From contig CBDCWI010000002.1 in NCBI GenBank assembly GCA_965223325.1, positions 2,944,001 to 3,008,000 on the forward strand: a DNA stretch of 64,000 nt, read 5' to 3'. Below are positions 56,583-64,000 of the stretch, piece by piece. The notes under the pieces are model-generated. The model was not told the origin of the DNA. It ran no database searches and saw only the letters and a list, made by a program, of their open reading frames with translations. A program made the translations under genes and the position numbers. This DNA comes from Candidatus Multivoradales bacterium (lineage in GTDB: Bacteria; Acidobacteriota; Thermoanaerobaculia; Multivoradales; Multivoraceae). How positions within the stretch are numbered: position 1 is the stretch's first letter; every line of letters starts with the position of its first letter.

Positions 56583-57893
56583 GTGGAGAACATTCCCCTG
56601 CCCCACGCGCCCTCGCCGGGGCCGGCGACAGACGCCGAGCGCCACCCAACCGCCCGCTCGAGCCGCTTCATCGAGCACCATCTACCGCGCAACTTCGTCG
56701 TCCTGTTCATTCACGGCATGCTCGGCCAGACGGGCTTCCGCCTGCTCTCAGCACCGACCTTCTTGCCGGCCTACATCTCGCTCCTGACCGGCACCGACGC
56801 CGCTGCCGGCCTGGCACGCGCCGTCCAGAGCCTCGGCATGTTCATTTCGCCAGTGCTCTCGGCACGCATGGTCGAACACCGGCGGCGGGTACTGCGGATG
56901 GCTTTCGCCTGTGGCATGTCGATGCGCGTCCAGATTCTGTTGCTGGCGCTTGCGGCCCTCTTTCTCCCGCGAGAGCTGGCGCTCTTCGCGGTCTGGCCGG
57001 TGATCGGCGTGTGGGGCTTGATGTCCGGCATGCAGATGGTGGTGTTCAACTTTCTGCTCTCGAAGGCCATCCCGGTCGACCGGCGCGGCCGCCTGCACGG
57101 CTTGCGCAACCTGACCTCGGCACTCACCCTGCTGGTTGTTTCGGCGGCCGCTGGCTGGATGGTCGACCGTTACGGCTTTCCCGGTGGCTACGGGAGAGCC
57201 TTTCTCCTGTCGTTCGTGCTCACCACCAGCGGGCTCCTGGCGATCTTGTTCCTGGTCGAACCGTCGTCAACCGACGTGCGCGCCGCCGTACCCTTGACGA
57301 GCAGGCTCAGCGAGTTGCCTGCCCTGCTTCGCAACGAACCGCACTTCGCCCGCTTCGTTCAGGCGAGGCTCTTCGCCGCCGCGGCACGCGGGGCTCTTCC
57401 CTTCTACATTCTGAGCCTCGGCCAGCGCCTCGAACTGACCGGTGCCCTGATCGGCACGCTGACTATCTCGTTCACCCTGGCGCAGGGAGTCATGGCGATG
57501 GTGTGGGGTTTCCTCGCCGACAAGCGAGGCTTCCGGCTGGTCTTCCTGCTGTCGCTCTTTGCCTGGCTCGCGGCCAACCTCCTGATCCTCGTCGAGCCGG
57601 GGCTCGGTCTTTCCTTCGTCATCTTCTGGCTGGTGGGCGCGGGTTTCTCGGGCTTCCACCTCTCAGGCTCCAACCTGGTCCTCGAGTTCGGGAGCGAACG
57701 CGAGCGCGCTATGCGCATCGCCACCATGCACTCGCTTTCTGAAGCGACTGGAGCCATCGGCTTTTTCCTCGCCGCCGCTCTGGCAGCGACCGCGCCGCTG
57801 GTGACGATCTTCATCGCCTCGGCGACTCTGCAGGTTCTGGCCGCCTTGTTGCTTGGGCGAATGAAGGAACCGCGCCATCATCTGCCCGGATGA
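56583..57893 (+). CDS. MFS transporter
   Basis: 12 TM pattern, IP..RRGR..G.R, WG.LADKRG; start approximate (GTG). Confidence 0.82.
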   Translation: MENIPLPHAPSPGPATDAERHPTARSSRFIEHHLPRNFVVLFIHGMLGQTGFRLLSAPTFLPAYISLLTGTDAAAGLARAVQSLGMFISPVLSARMVEHRRRVLRMAFACGMSMRVQILLLALAALFLPRELALFAVWPVIGVWGLMSGMQMVVFNFLLSKAIPVDRRGRLHGLRNLTSALTLLVVSAAAGWMVDRYGFPGGYGRAFLLSFVLTTSGLLAILFLVEPSSTDVRAAVPLTSRLSELPALLRNEPHFARFVQARLFAAAARGALPFYILSLGQRLELTGALIGTLTISFTLAQGVMAMVWGFLADKRGFRLVFLLSLFAWLAANLLILVEPGLGLSFVIFWLVGAGFSGFHLSGSNLVLEFGSERERAMRIATMHSLSEATGAIGFFLAAALAATAPLVTIFIASATLQVLAALLLGRMKEPRHHLPG

Positions 57894-57962
57894 GTTCATG
57901 TGTGCCGGAAACCAACCCCGTGAGCCGGTCCCATGACTCTTCGGAAAGGAGATTCGATAGAG

Positions 57963-58532
57963 ATGACTCCTGGTGAACACCCGGACTGGGCAGACGACCT
58001 CAAGGCGGCGCTGGCGGCGTGTGATCGCAAGTCCACCGCCACCCTCCAGGCGCTGCTGTTGGAATTCGACGGAACCCCAGGGTTGGACGATGAACTTCTG
58101 CGGCTGGTGCCGTCGAAACAACCGGAGCTGGCCGTCGGCGCGACCTGGCTCCTGAAGGCAATGCTCGAGGACGGCCTGGAGCTCAACCGCAAGCAGGTCG
58201 CGATGCTTGGCCGATCGCTCGAGACGATCAACGATCCGTGGGCGGCGCTCCACGTCTGCCAGTCACTGCGCTTTCTCGAGATCCCGGCAAGGAATAGAGC
58301 GCAGTTCGCGCGCTTCCTAAAACGCTCCCTGGCGAACGACCAGAAGTTCCTCCGCGCTTGGGCCCTCGACGGTTTCTGGCGCCTGGCCCTTCAACACGAT
58401 CGGTATCTCAGAGAGGCCGAAGCACTCGCCAGGCAGGGCGAGAACGACCCGGTAGGTAGCTCGGGTACACCTGCCGGGGCCCAACAGGGCATTGGCACGG
58501 CATCTGCATCAATGTCTACCAACAAACGGTGA
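57963..58532 (+). CDS. Hypothetical HEAT-repeat-like protein
   Basis: GATWLLK, W...LH.CQ, KFLRAWALDG helical motifs; the last 27 residues are low-complexity. Confidence 0.6.
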   Translation: MTPGEHPDWADDLKAALAACDRKSTATLQALLLEFDGTPGLDDELLRLVPSKQPELAVGATWLLKAMLEDGLELNRKQVAMLGRSLETINDPWAALHVCQSLRFLEIPARNRAQFARFLKRSLANDQKFLRAWALDGFWRLALQHDRYLREAEALARQGENDPVGSSGTPAGAQQGIGTASASMSTNKR

Positions 58533-58796
58533 CCCTGAGGAGGTTCCTGCCTTCGAACAGTGTTCGATTCCCTCCCTATGTCAGTTCCTACCCCGACAGG
58601 ACCTTCCTGAACCCCCACTTCATCGGGGGTCAACCCAATACCTCCCTCCAAAGACCGGGGATCTCCTCTCACCCGTTCCGGGCCCCTCAGGGGCCCGGGC
58701 CCTCGCGGCCGCTTCTGATGTCACTGCGCCATCTTGACGCGCACCCATCCAGAACCGAGCCCCTCTGGCCCCTGACTCGGTGAAGTGAAGTGGTCT

Positions 58797-60314
58797 TCAG
58801 CCGGCGATCTTCTCGTCGAGGAAGCTCCGAACCTGGTCGATCGCGACCCGTTCTTGCTCCCCGGTGTCACGGTCGCGCGCGGTCACGGTCTGGTCTTCGA
58901 TCGAGTCGCCGTCGACGGTGAAGCACAGGGGTGTCCCGGCTTCGTCCATGCGCGCGTAACGCTTGCCAATTGCCTGCTTGAGGTCGAACTGCACCGTGTG
59001 ATGCTGACGGAGGTCCATATAGAGCTTCTCGGCGATCTCGGCCATCTCGCCCTTCCCGACTAGCGGGAAGACGCCCGCCTTGATCGGCGCCAGGCGTGGC
59101 TGGAAGCGCATGAGCTCTTTCGACGGGCGGCTCTCGTCATGGGTGTAGGCCTCACACAGCAACACCAGCACACCGCGGGTCAGTCCCGAAGCCGGCTCGA
59201 TGACGTGCGGCATGAAGCGCTCGCGGGTCACGGGGTCGAAGTACTCGAGCTTGGTCTTGCTGTGTTCCTGGTGCTGTTCGAGATCGAACGATCCACGATG
59301 CGCAACGCCCTCGAGTTCACCGAACTCGGGATCGGTAAACGGGTAGCGGTATTCCACATCGTAGGTGCCTTCGCCGGTCTTTGCATAATGCGCGAGCTCA
59401 TCGTCTTCATGCCGCCGCAGGCGCAGGTTGTCGGGGTCGATGCCGAGCGACTGCCACCACTCGAGGCGCTTCTCGGTCCAGAACTCGAACCAGTTTCCAG
59501 CGTCCTCGGGCGCGCAGAACCACTCCATCTCCATCTGTTCGAACTCGCGACTGCGAAAGATGTAGTTGCGCGGCGTGACCTCGTTGCGAAAAGCCTTGCC
59601 GACCTGAGCGATGCCGAACGGCATCTTGACCCGCGACGTGTCGATGACGTTCTTGTAGTTCAGGAAGATGCCCTGTGCGGTTTCGGGACGGAGATAGGCG
59701 GCATTGTCCTCGGTCGCCGTCGCACCCACGAAGGTCTTGAACATCAGGTTGAAGTCGCGCGGTTCGGTCAACGTAGCCGGTTCCGAGGCACCGGGCGCCC
59801 AGGTGCGGGCCCGCTCTTCCTCGGACAGCTGAGAGAACCGGACGGTCTCGAAGTCGTCGAGTGTGCGCTTTCCCTTGGTGACCTTGCGAGCCGTCTTGAG
59901 CGCCGGGTCGGGGTCTCCTTCTTGAAACGCGAAGATCGGGCCGTCGCCGGGCGAGAGTAGGGCCATCAGATGGTCGGCGCGGAAACGCGCTTTGGTCTCC
60001 CGACAATCGACCATTGGGTCGCTGAACCCGCCGACATGGCCGCTGGCGACCCAGGCCGCCGGGTTCTGAACGATCGATGAATCGACGCCGACGACCTGTA
60101 GCGGGTGACCATCGGGACCGATCGGCGGACACTCGACCAGGTCTCGCCACCACGCGTCGCGCAGGTTGTTCTTGAGCTGCACCCCGAGCGGCCCGTAGTC
60201 CCAAAAGCCGTTGATGCCGCCGTAGATCTCCGACGCAGGGAACACGAAACCGCGGCGCTTCGAAAGCGCAACGATCTTCTCCATCTTCTCGGTTCCAGTC
60301 TGAGGGGCACTCAT
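58797..60314 (-). CDS. glyQS: Glycine--tRNA ligase, homodimeric (alpha2) type
   Basis: KRRGF, EIYGG, DYGPLG, FNLMF, YLRPETAQGIF, FRNE, FRSREFEQME, IEP, IGKRYARMDE.GTP. Confidence 0.97.
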   Translation of the reverse strand: MSAPQTGTEKMEKIVALSKRRGFVFPASEIYGGINGFWDYGPLGVQLKNNLRDAWWRDLVECPPIGPDGHPLQVVGVDSSIVQNPAAWVASGHVGGFSDPMVDCRETKARFRADHLMALLSPGDGPIFAFQEGDPDPALKTARKVTKGKRTLDDFETVRFSQLSEEERARTWAPGASEPATLTEPRDFNLMFKTFVGATATEDNAAYLRPETAQGIFLNYKNVIDTSRVKMPFGIAQVGKAFRNEVTPRNYIFRSREFEQMEMEWFCAPEDAGNWFEFWTEKRLEWWQSLGIDPDNLRLRRHEDDELAHYAKTGEGTYDVEYRYPFTDPEFGELEGVAHRGSFDLEQHQEHSKTKLEYFDPVTRERFMPHVIEPASGLTRGVLVLLCEAYTHDESRPSKELMRFQPRLAPIKAGVFPLVGKGEMAEIAEKLYMDLRQHHTVQFDLKQAIGKRYARMDEAGTPLCFTVDGDSIEDQTVTARDRDTGEQERVAIDQVRSFLDEKIAG

Positions 60315-60359
60315 CGGTTGTCTCCTGCCGGCGCACGCCGGCCTTCTAGGAAAAGGGCG

Positions 60360-61001
60360 TCAAGAGCGAAGCGCCCAGCGGGCCTCACTCATCTCGGCAT
60401 GGGGTCGGGCGTTGAACACTCTCAGAAAAGAGGGTCGATAGTCGACCACGGTGACCGTGCCGGGATCGAGAAAGAAGCGGCGAACGTCCTTCCAGGAAAG
60501 CCCGAGGCTCTCGGCCAGGAGTGCCTTGATCGGACCGACGTGCGACACCATGATCACGATTTCAGCGCCCGCGTCCTCGGACTCGTTGAAAACCCTCGCC
60601 AGCAGCTCGCCCGCGCGCCCGCGCAGCGCGTCTTGTGACTCTCCCCCGGGCGGCGGAGTCGCCGAGTCCGCGTGAAAGCGATCCAGTCGCTCGGCCTGTT
60701 CGGCGCCCTGAGCGCGCACCTCGGCCATCGTCAAACCTTCCCAGGCGCCAAAGTCCTGCTCCGCCAGGGCCTCTTCAATCGCCACCTCGAGCCCTGCTGC
60801 CGTCGCGATGGGCTCGGCGGTCTGCCGGCAACGCTGGCGCGGGCTGGTCAAGAGGCGCGTCGGCCGGAGGCCAGCGACGGCCTCGGCGAGGGCCGCCGCC
60901 TGGCGCTCACCCTCCGGCGTAAGTGCCGGGTCGCTAGCGCCCACGTAGCGCATCTCTCGATTGGCCGCGACCTCACCGTGTCGCACCAGAATCAGCCGCA
61001 C
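60360..61001 (-). CDS. Histidine phosphatase (phosphoglycerate mutase-like)
   Basis: LVRHGE, SP..RC.QTA, E.DFG.WEG, GES, VSH.G. Confidence 0.92.
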   Translation of the reverse strand: MRLILVRHGEVAANREMRYVGASDPALTPEGERQAAALAEAVAGLRPTRLLTSPRQRCRQTAEPIATAAGLEVAIEEALAEQDFGAWEGLTMAEVRAQGAEQAERLDRFHADSATPPPGGESQDALRGRAGELLARVFNESEDAGAEIVIMVSHVGPIKALLAESLGLSWKDVRRFFLDPGTVTVVDYRPSFLRVFNARPHAEMSEARWALRS

Positions 61002-61095
61002 TGCTCCTCCTCGAGGCGGGCCCCGGAGAGACCGTCCGGTTGATCATCCGCCGCTTCGACGCATGCTACCTACTACGACACCGGCCAGGGGACTG

Positions 61096-61261
61096 CTAGT
61101 ACCCCGTACCCTTGAAACGGATAGTGGCTGAGCGGATGATCGTGCTCGAGATCAAGGCGTCACGACGCAGGCATATTGGTGATCTGTCGAGGAGTGACAA
61201 CACAGAGATCGAGCGCGAGGACCGCGCAGACGCTGTGAGTTTCAATGGTACGGGGTACTAG
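61096..61261. mobile_element. 166-bp MITE-like palindromic element, copy B
   Basis: 3 substitutions versus copy A (reverse orientation); CTAG at both ends; the right CTAG holds the TAG stop of the PDZ gene. Confidence 0.9.
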
Positions 61262-62064
61262 CGCTCCTGGCAGGCCTCGAGCTCGCCTTCGAGTTCCTTG
61301 ATGCGCGCCTCGAGCGCCGCCAGTCGACCTTCGAAGGTCGACCAGTCGAACGACTTGAGGCTCTGGACCTGGACTTCCAGCTCCGGACCCTCGAGCAGCT
61401 CCCGCACACCATCGAGGGCGAGGCCCAACTCGCCGACGATTTCTTCGTCAGATTCGTAGAACGAGCCGCTCGACGAACCACCACGGACGAAGACCCGCTT
61501 GGCTTCTCGATGCTCGACGACGACCTCGAGCCGCTGTTCTCTACCGTTACGAATGACGGTCATTGGCAGCGCGTGACCCGCTTCTTCGCCGCGCACCATC
61601 ATCGCCACCTGCATCTGGCTCGCCACCGGATCGCCGGCCACCTCGACGATGACGTCGCCGACTTCGACTCCGGCGACTTCAGCCGGTCCGCCGGCCACGA
61701 CTTCAGCAACCAGGACGCCGCGATCTTCGGCGGCACCGAAGTACTCACGCAGCTCCGGCGAAAGACCCGTCATGCGAACGCCGATCCAGCCCAGGCCTTT
61801 GGCCGGGTCGAGCACCACGGTCCGGTGACCGTCGGCATCGAAAATGATTGGCGTGCCATCGCCAGAGCTGTGCCAACGCATGACCTTGCCATCCTCGCCG
61901 ACGACGACCGCCTGCATCTCGACGCGCTCACCCGAGACTCTCTTTTCCTTTCGAACGCGTTGCTCTTCTTGCGCCCCGGCCTCACTGGTCGCAATAGCCG
62001 CGACGAGGGCGGCCTGAAGGACGGTGGCTAGAAGCACACGCCTCTCTAGCTGCTTGGTGTTCAC
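61258..62064 (-). CDS. Secreted single-PDZ protein with C-terminal coiled coil
   Basis: Signal peptide (AGA-QE), GWIGV....L, GVLV.EV..GGPA..AG...GDVI; no protease domain. Confidence 0.85.
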   Translation of the reverse strand: MNTKQLERRVLLATVLQAALVAAIATSEAGAQEEQRVRKEKRVSGERVEMQAVVVGEDGKVMRWHSSGDGTPIIFDADGHRTVVLDPAKGLGWIGVRMTGLSPELREYFGAAEDRGVLVAEVVAGGPAEVAGVEVGDVIVEVAGDPVASQMQVAMMVRGEEAGHALPMTVIRNGREQRLEVVVEHREAKRVFVRGGSSSGSFYESDEEIVGELGLALDGVRELLEGPELEVQVQSLKSFDWSTFEGRLAALEARIKELEGELEACQER

Positions 62065-62660
62065 GGCACGTTCCCCCTCGCGCCTGCAAGAGCGTTGTCG
62101 TCGAGCTGGACCCAGTAGTCGACGCCGTCGTCTACCGGAACGACGAGGATCGGTGAACGACCGTCTCGTTGGCTCTCGATCAAGGCGCGTAGGGTCTCGA
62201 GCTCATGGCGCAGTGCGGCCGCCTCGGAGCCGGCAGCCACCAGGCGCCCCTCTAGCGCTGGACTGGAGTAGGAGCCGCCAGACGTTGAGCGGCGATCGAT
62301 TGGCGTACCGACGCGCATCACCGGGGGGTTAGCATCGACACGTTGCGGTGCGCTGGGATCGACCGGGTCACTGGCTCCCGATGCCACCACGGTTTCCGAG
62401 CTCGGCGCTCTACCGTCCTGGTCCCTGCTCAAGACGCCCAGAAAGAGCGCCACCGCGGAAATACCGGCAACGGCCAGGGCCGTGCGCACGGGTTGCGGGC
62501 CGAAGACCAGGCGTGCCAGGCGGAACCAGCGCGGGTCGGGGCGTTCGACCTCCGCTAGACGATCCATCACCCGCTCCGTGAAGTCGTCGCTGGCGCGCAC
62601 GGGCTCGAGGGCGCGGAGTCGGCGTTCGACCTCTTCGGTCGAAAGTCGTCGCGAAGTCAT
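62061..62660 (-). CDS. Putative membrane anti-sigma factor
   Basis: ATGA-coupled to the ECF sigma; LRAL..V.AS.DF.ERVM, one TM helix, extracytoplasmic tail. Confidence 0.65.
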   Translation of the reverse strand: MTSRRLSTEEVERRLRALEPVRASDDFTERVMDRLAEVERPDPRWFRLARLVFGPQPVRTALAVAGISAVALFLGVLSRDQDGRAPSSETVVASGASDPVDPSAPQRVDANPPVMRVGTPIDRRSTSGGSYSSPALEGRLVAAGSEAAALRHELETLRALIESQRDGRSPILVVPVDDGVDYWVQLDDNALAGARGNVP

Positions 62661-63337
62661 GACTTGCTTTCCTCCCAGTAGCTCTCGAGGAGGTCGCGAA
62701 GCCTCCCCTTGGCTCTATTGATTCTCGACTTGACGGTGCCTTCACGGCATTCAAGAAACTCTGCGATCTGACGGTAAGACCAGCCTTCGATCTCTCGCAG
62801 GACGAGCGGTGCTCGGTAGCGCATGGGAAGATCCGCGATCGCGGCGGCGGTGCGTCGGCTGGCTTCGCTCGAGAGCAAGTCACCCTGCGGTGACGGAACG
62901 TGGGGCCCCTGCGACGCGACATAGGTTGGCCGAAGTTCGCGCCAGCGCTTCGAGCGCCGCTCGTCCGAACGCAGCAGGTTGGTGGCGATGCGAAAGAGAT
63001 AGCCGGCGAACTGCCCCTTCTCTTCGTAGCGCTCGGCCACTTTCCAGATGCGCACGAAGGTCTCCTGGGCGTACTCCTCGGCGCGATCGCGGTCGCGGCA
63101 CAGGCGCGTCATGTAGTTGACCAGCGCATGGCGATAGCGGTCGACGAGCACTCGGAACGCTTCGTCGTCACCGGCCTTCACAAGCTCCATCAAGCGACCG
63201 TCGGGCTGGTTCTCGAGAGGCGCATCGGGCGCGACGACTGCGTCGAACGCATCTTGGGCTCCGTTCTTCGCACCGAGTTGCGGCCGCCGCAGCGATGGCA
63301 GTCTCACTCCTCCCTCCAAAGTCTGTGAGCTATTCAT
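62657..63337 (-). CDS. ECF RNA polymerase sigma factor
   Basis: GD.EAF..LV.RY, AEEYAQETF, YLFRIATN, LP..YR...LREIEG.SY..IA, GTVKSRINRA. Confidence 0.94.
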   Translation of the reverse strand: MNSSQTLEGGVRLPSLRRPQLGAKNGAQDAFDAVVAPDAPLENQPDGRLMELVKAGDDEAFRVLVDRYRHALVNYMTRLCRDRDRAEEYAQETFVRIWKVAERYEEKGQFAGYLFRIATNLLRSDERRSKRWRELRPTYVASQGPHVPSPQGDLLSSEASRRTAAAIADLPMRYRAPLVLREIEGWSYRQIAEFLECREGTVKSRINRAKGRLRDLLESYWEESKS

Positions 63338-63467
63338 TCGAAAACTTCCTCGAACACTCGGGCCCAGTACCCTACGATGTTGCGGCAAACCAGGCGCCCT
63401 GGGCAATCGGGGATCCGGCCGGGGCCGCCGGACCTCTATAGCCACTGGCGTCTACCCCCGGGTTTTC

Positions 63468-63492
63468 AACGTCTGCGGCTCCAAAAGGTTCC
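63468..63492 (-). promoter_or_regulatory. ECF-type promoter GGAAC-N16-CGTT, probably autoregulatory
   Basis: Minus strand reads GGAAC-CTTTTGGAGCCGCAGA-CGTT, about 130 nt upstream of the sigma ATG. Confidence 0.65.
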
Positions 63493-63537
63493 CCGACAGG
63501 CCTCTGAGGCCAGGAATCGCAGCCTTCAGCGAGGCTC

Positions 63538-63704
63538 CTAGTACCCCGTACCATTGAAACGGATAGTGGCTGAGCGGATGATCGTGCTCGAGATCAAGGC
63601 GTCACGACAGAGGCATATTGGTGATCTGTCGAGGAGTGACAACACAGAGATCGAGCGCGAGGACCGCGCAAACGCTGTGCGTTTCCAATGGTACGGGGTA
63701 CTAG
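63538..63704. mobile_element. 167-bp MITE-like palindromic element, copy C
   Basis: Same orientation as B; 4 substitutions plus a 1-nt insertion versus A; the right CTAG holds the TAG stop of the last gene. Confidence 0.9.
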
Positions 63705-64000
63705 TAGCGATCGACCAGTTCGGCGAGGCAGGCCTCGAGGCGCCGGTAGGCCGCCCGAACCTCGCGCCGCGAGGATCCCAGGCGCAAGAGAACGAACGCC
63801 CGCACCCTCCGCCATAGCTCGCGACTCCGCTCCCATGCCCGAAGCGCCACCCACCCGGAGGCAAGAGCGACGAGAAAGAAAACCGGAAACAGCCACGGGT
63901 TCTTCCACCACCAGGCGAGCAATGCCGCTTCCAGGCTCCAGAACAACGGAAAAACGACCAGCGAACTGTAGATCTTGTAGGTCGCGGCGAGATGGTGGTC
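63701..64000 (-). CDS. 3' end of a membrane protein (possibly a glycerolipid acyltransferase), partial
   Basis: Frame open from the window edge: DHHLAATYKIYSSLVVFPLFW...; two TM helices then a basic helix. The product guess is weak. Confidence 0.6.
   Translation of the reverse strand, partial: DHHLAATYKIYSSLVVFPLFWSLEAALLAWWWKNPWLFPVFFLVALASGWVALRAWERSRELWRRVRAFVLLRLGSSRREVRAAYRRLEACLAELVDRY

Noticed and set aside
58553-58567. LexA/SOS box
   Set aside because: The GAAC-GTTC spacing is 3 nt rather than 4, and the site lies between convergent genes.

Overview
High-GC bacterial chromosomal window that is mostly core genome. The gene set and order suggest Acidobacteriota (possibly Thermoanaerobaculia) or a delta-proteobacterial-like lineage; this is an inference, not a search result. 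Contents: ffh-rpsP-khpA-rimM-trmD-rplS-rnhB-TPR cluster; MMPL, pgsA, lytic transglycosylase, alaS, recX, pilT; hrcA-grpE-dnaK-dnaJ-prmA-rsmE; an MglA-family GTPase with a C-terminal extension; a six-gene surface-glycan modification cassette; nrdR-Hsp20-lon-thiL; a GlnE with internal ACT domains; a divergent ggt / carboxylate-amine ligase pair; a hybrid histidine kinase; three minor (pseudo)pilins; sspB, a lone HMG-CoA synthase, FGE, ATL, MFS, glyQS; and an ECF sigma / anti-sigma / PDZ operon. No rRNA, tRNA, CRISPR array or transposase was seen. The most striking signal is a 166-167 bp palindromic MITE-like element present in three near-identical copies (16519-16684, 61096-61261, 63538-63704). 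Each copy is bounded by CTAG and sits exactly on the TAG stop codon of a gene. In the 166-bp form only the frames in register with that TAG are open (53 codons, on both strands). Two copies bracket the complete ECF operon, solo end remnants lie at or just after two more TAG stops, and a divergent related hairpin sits on the pilT stop.
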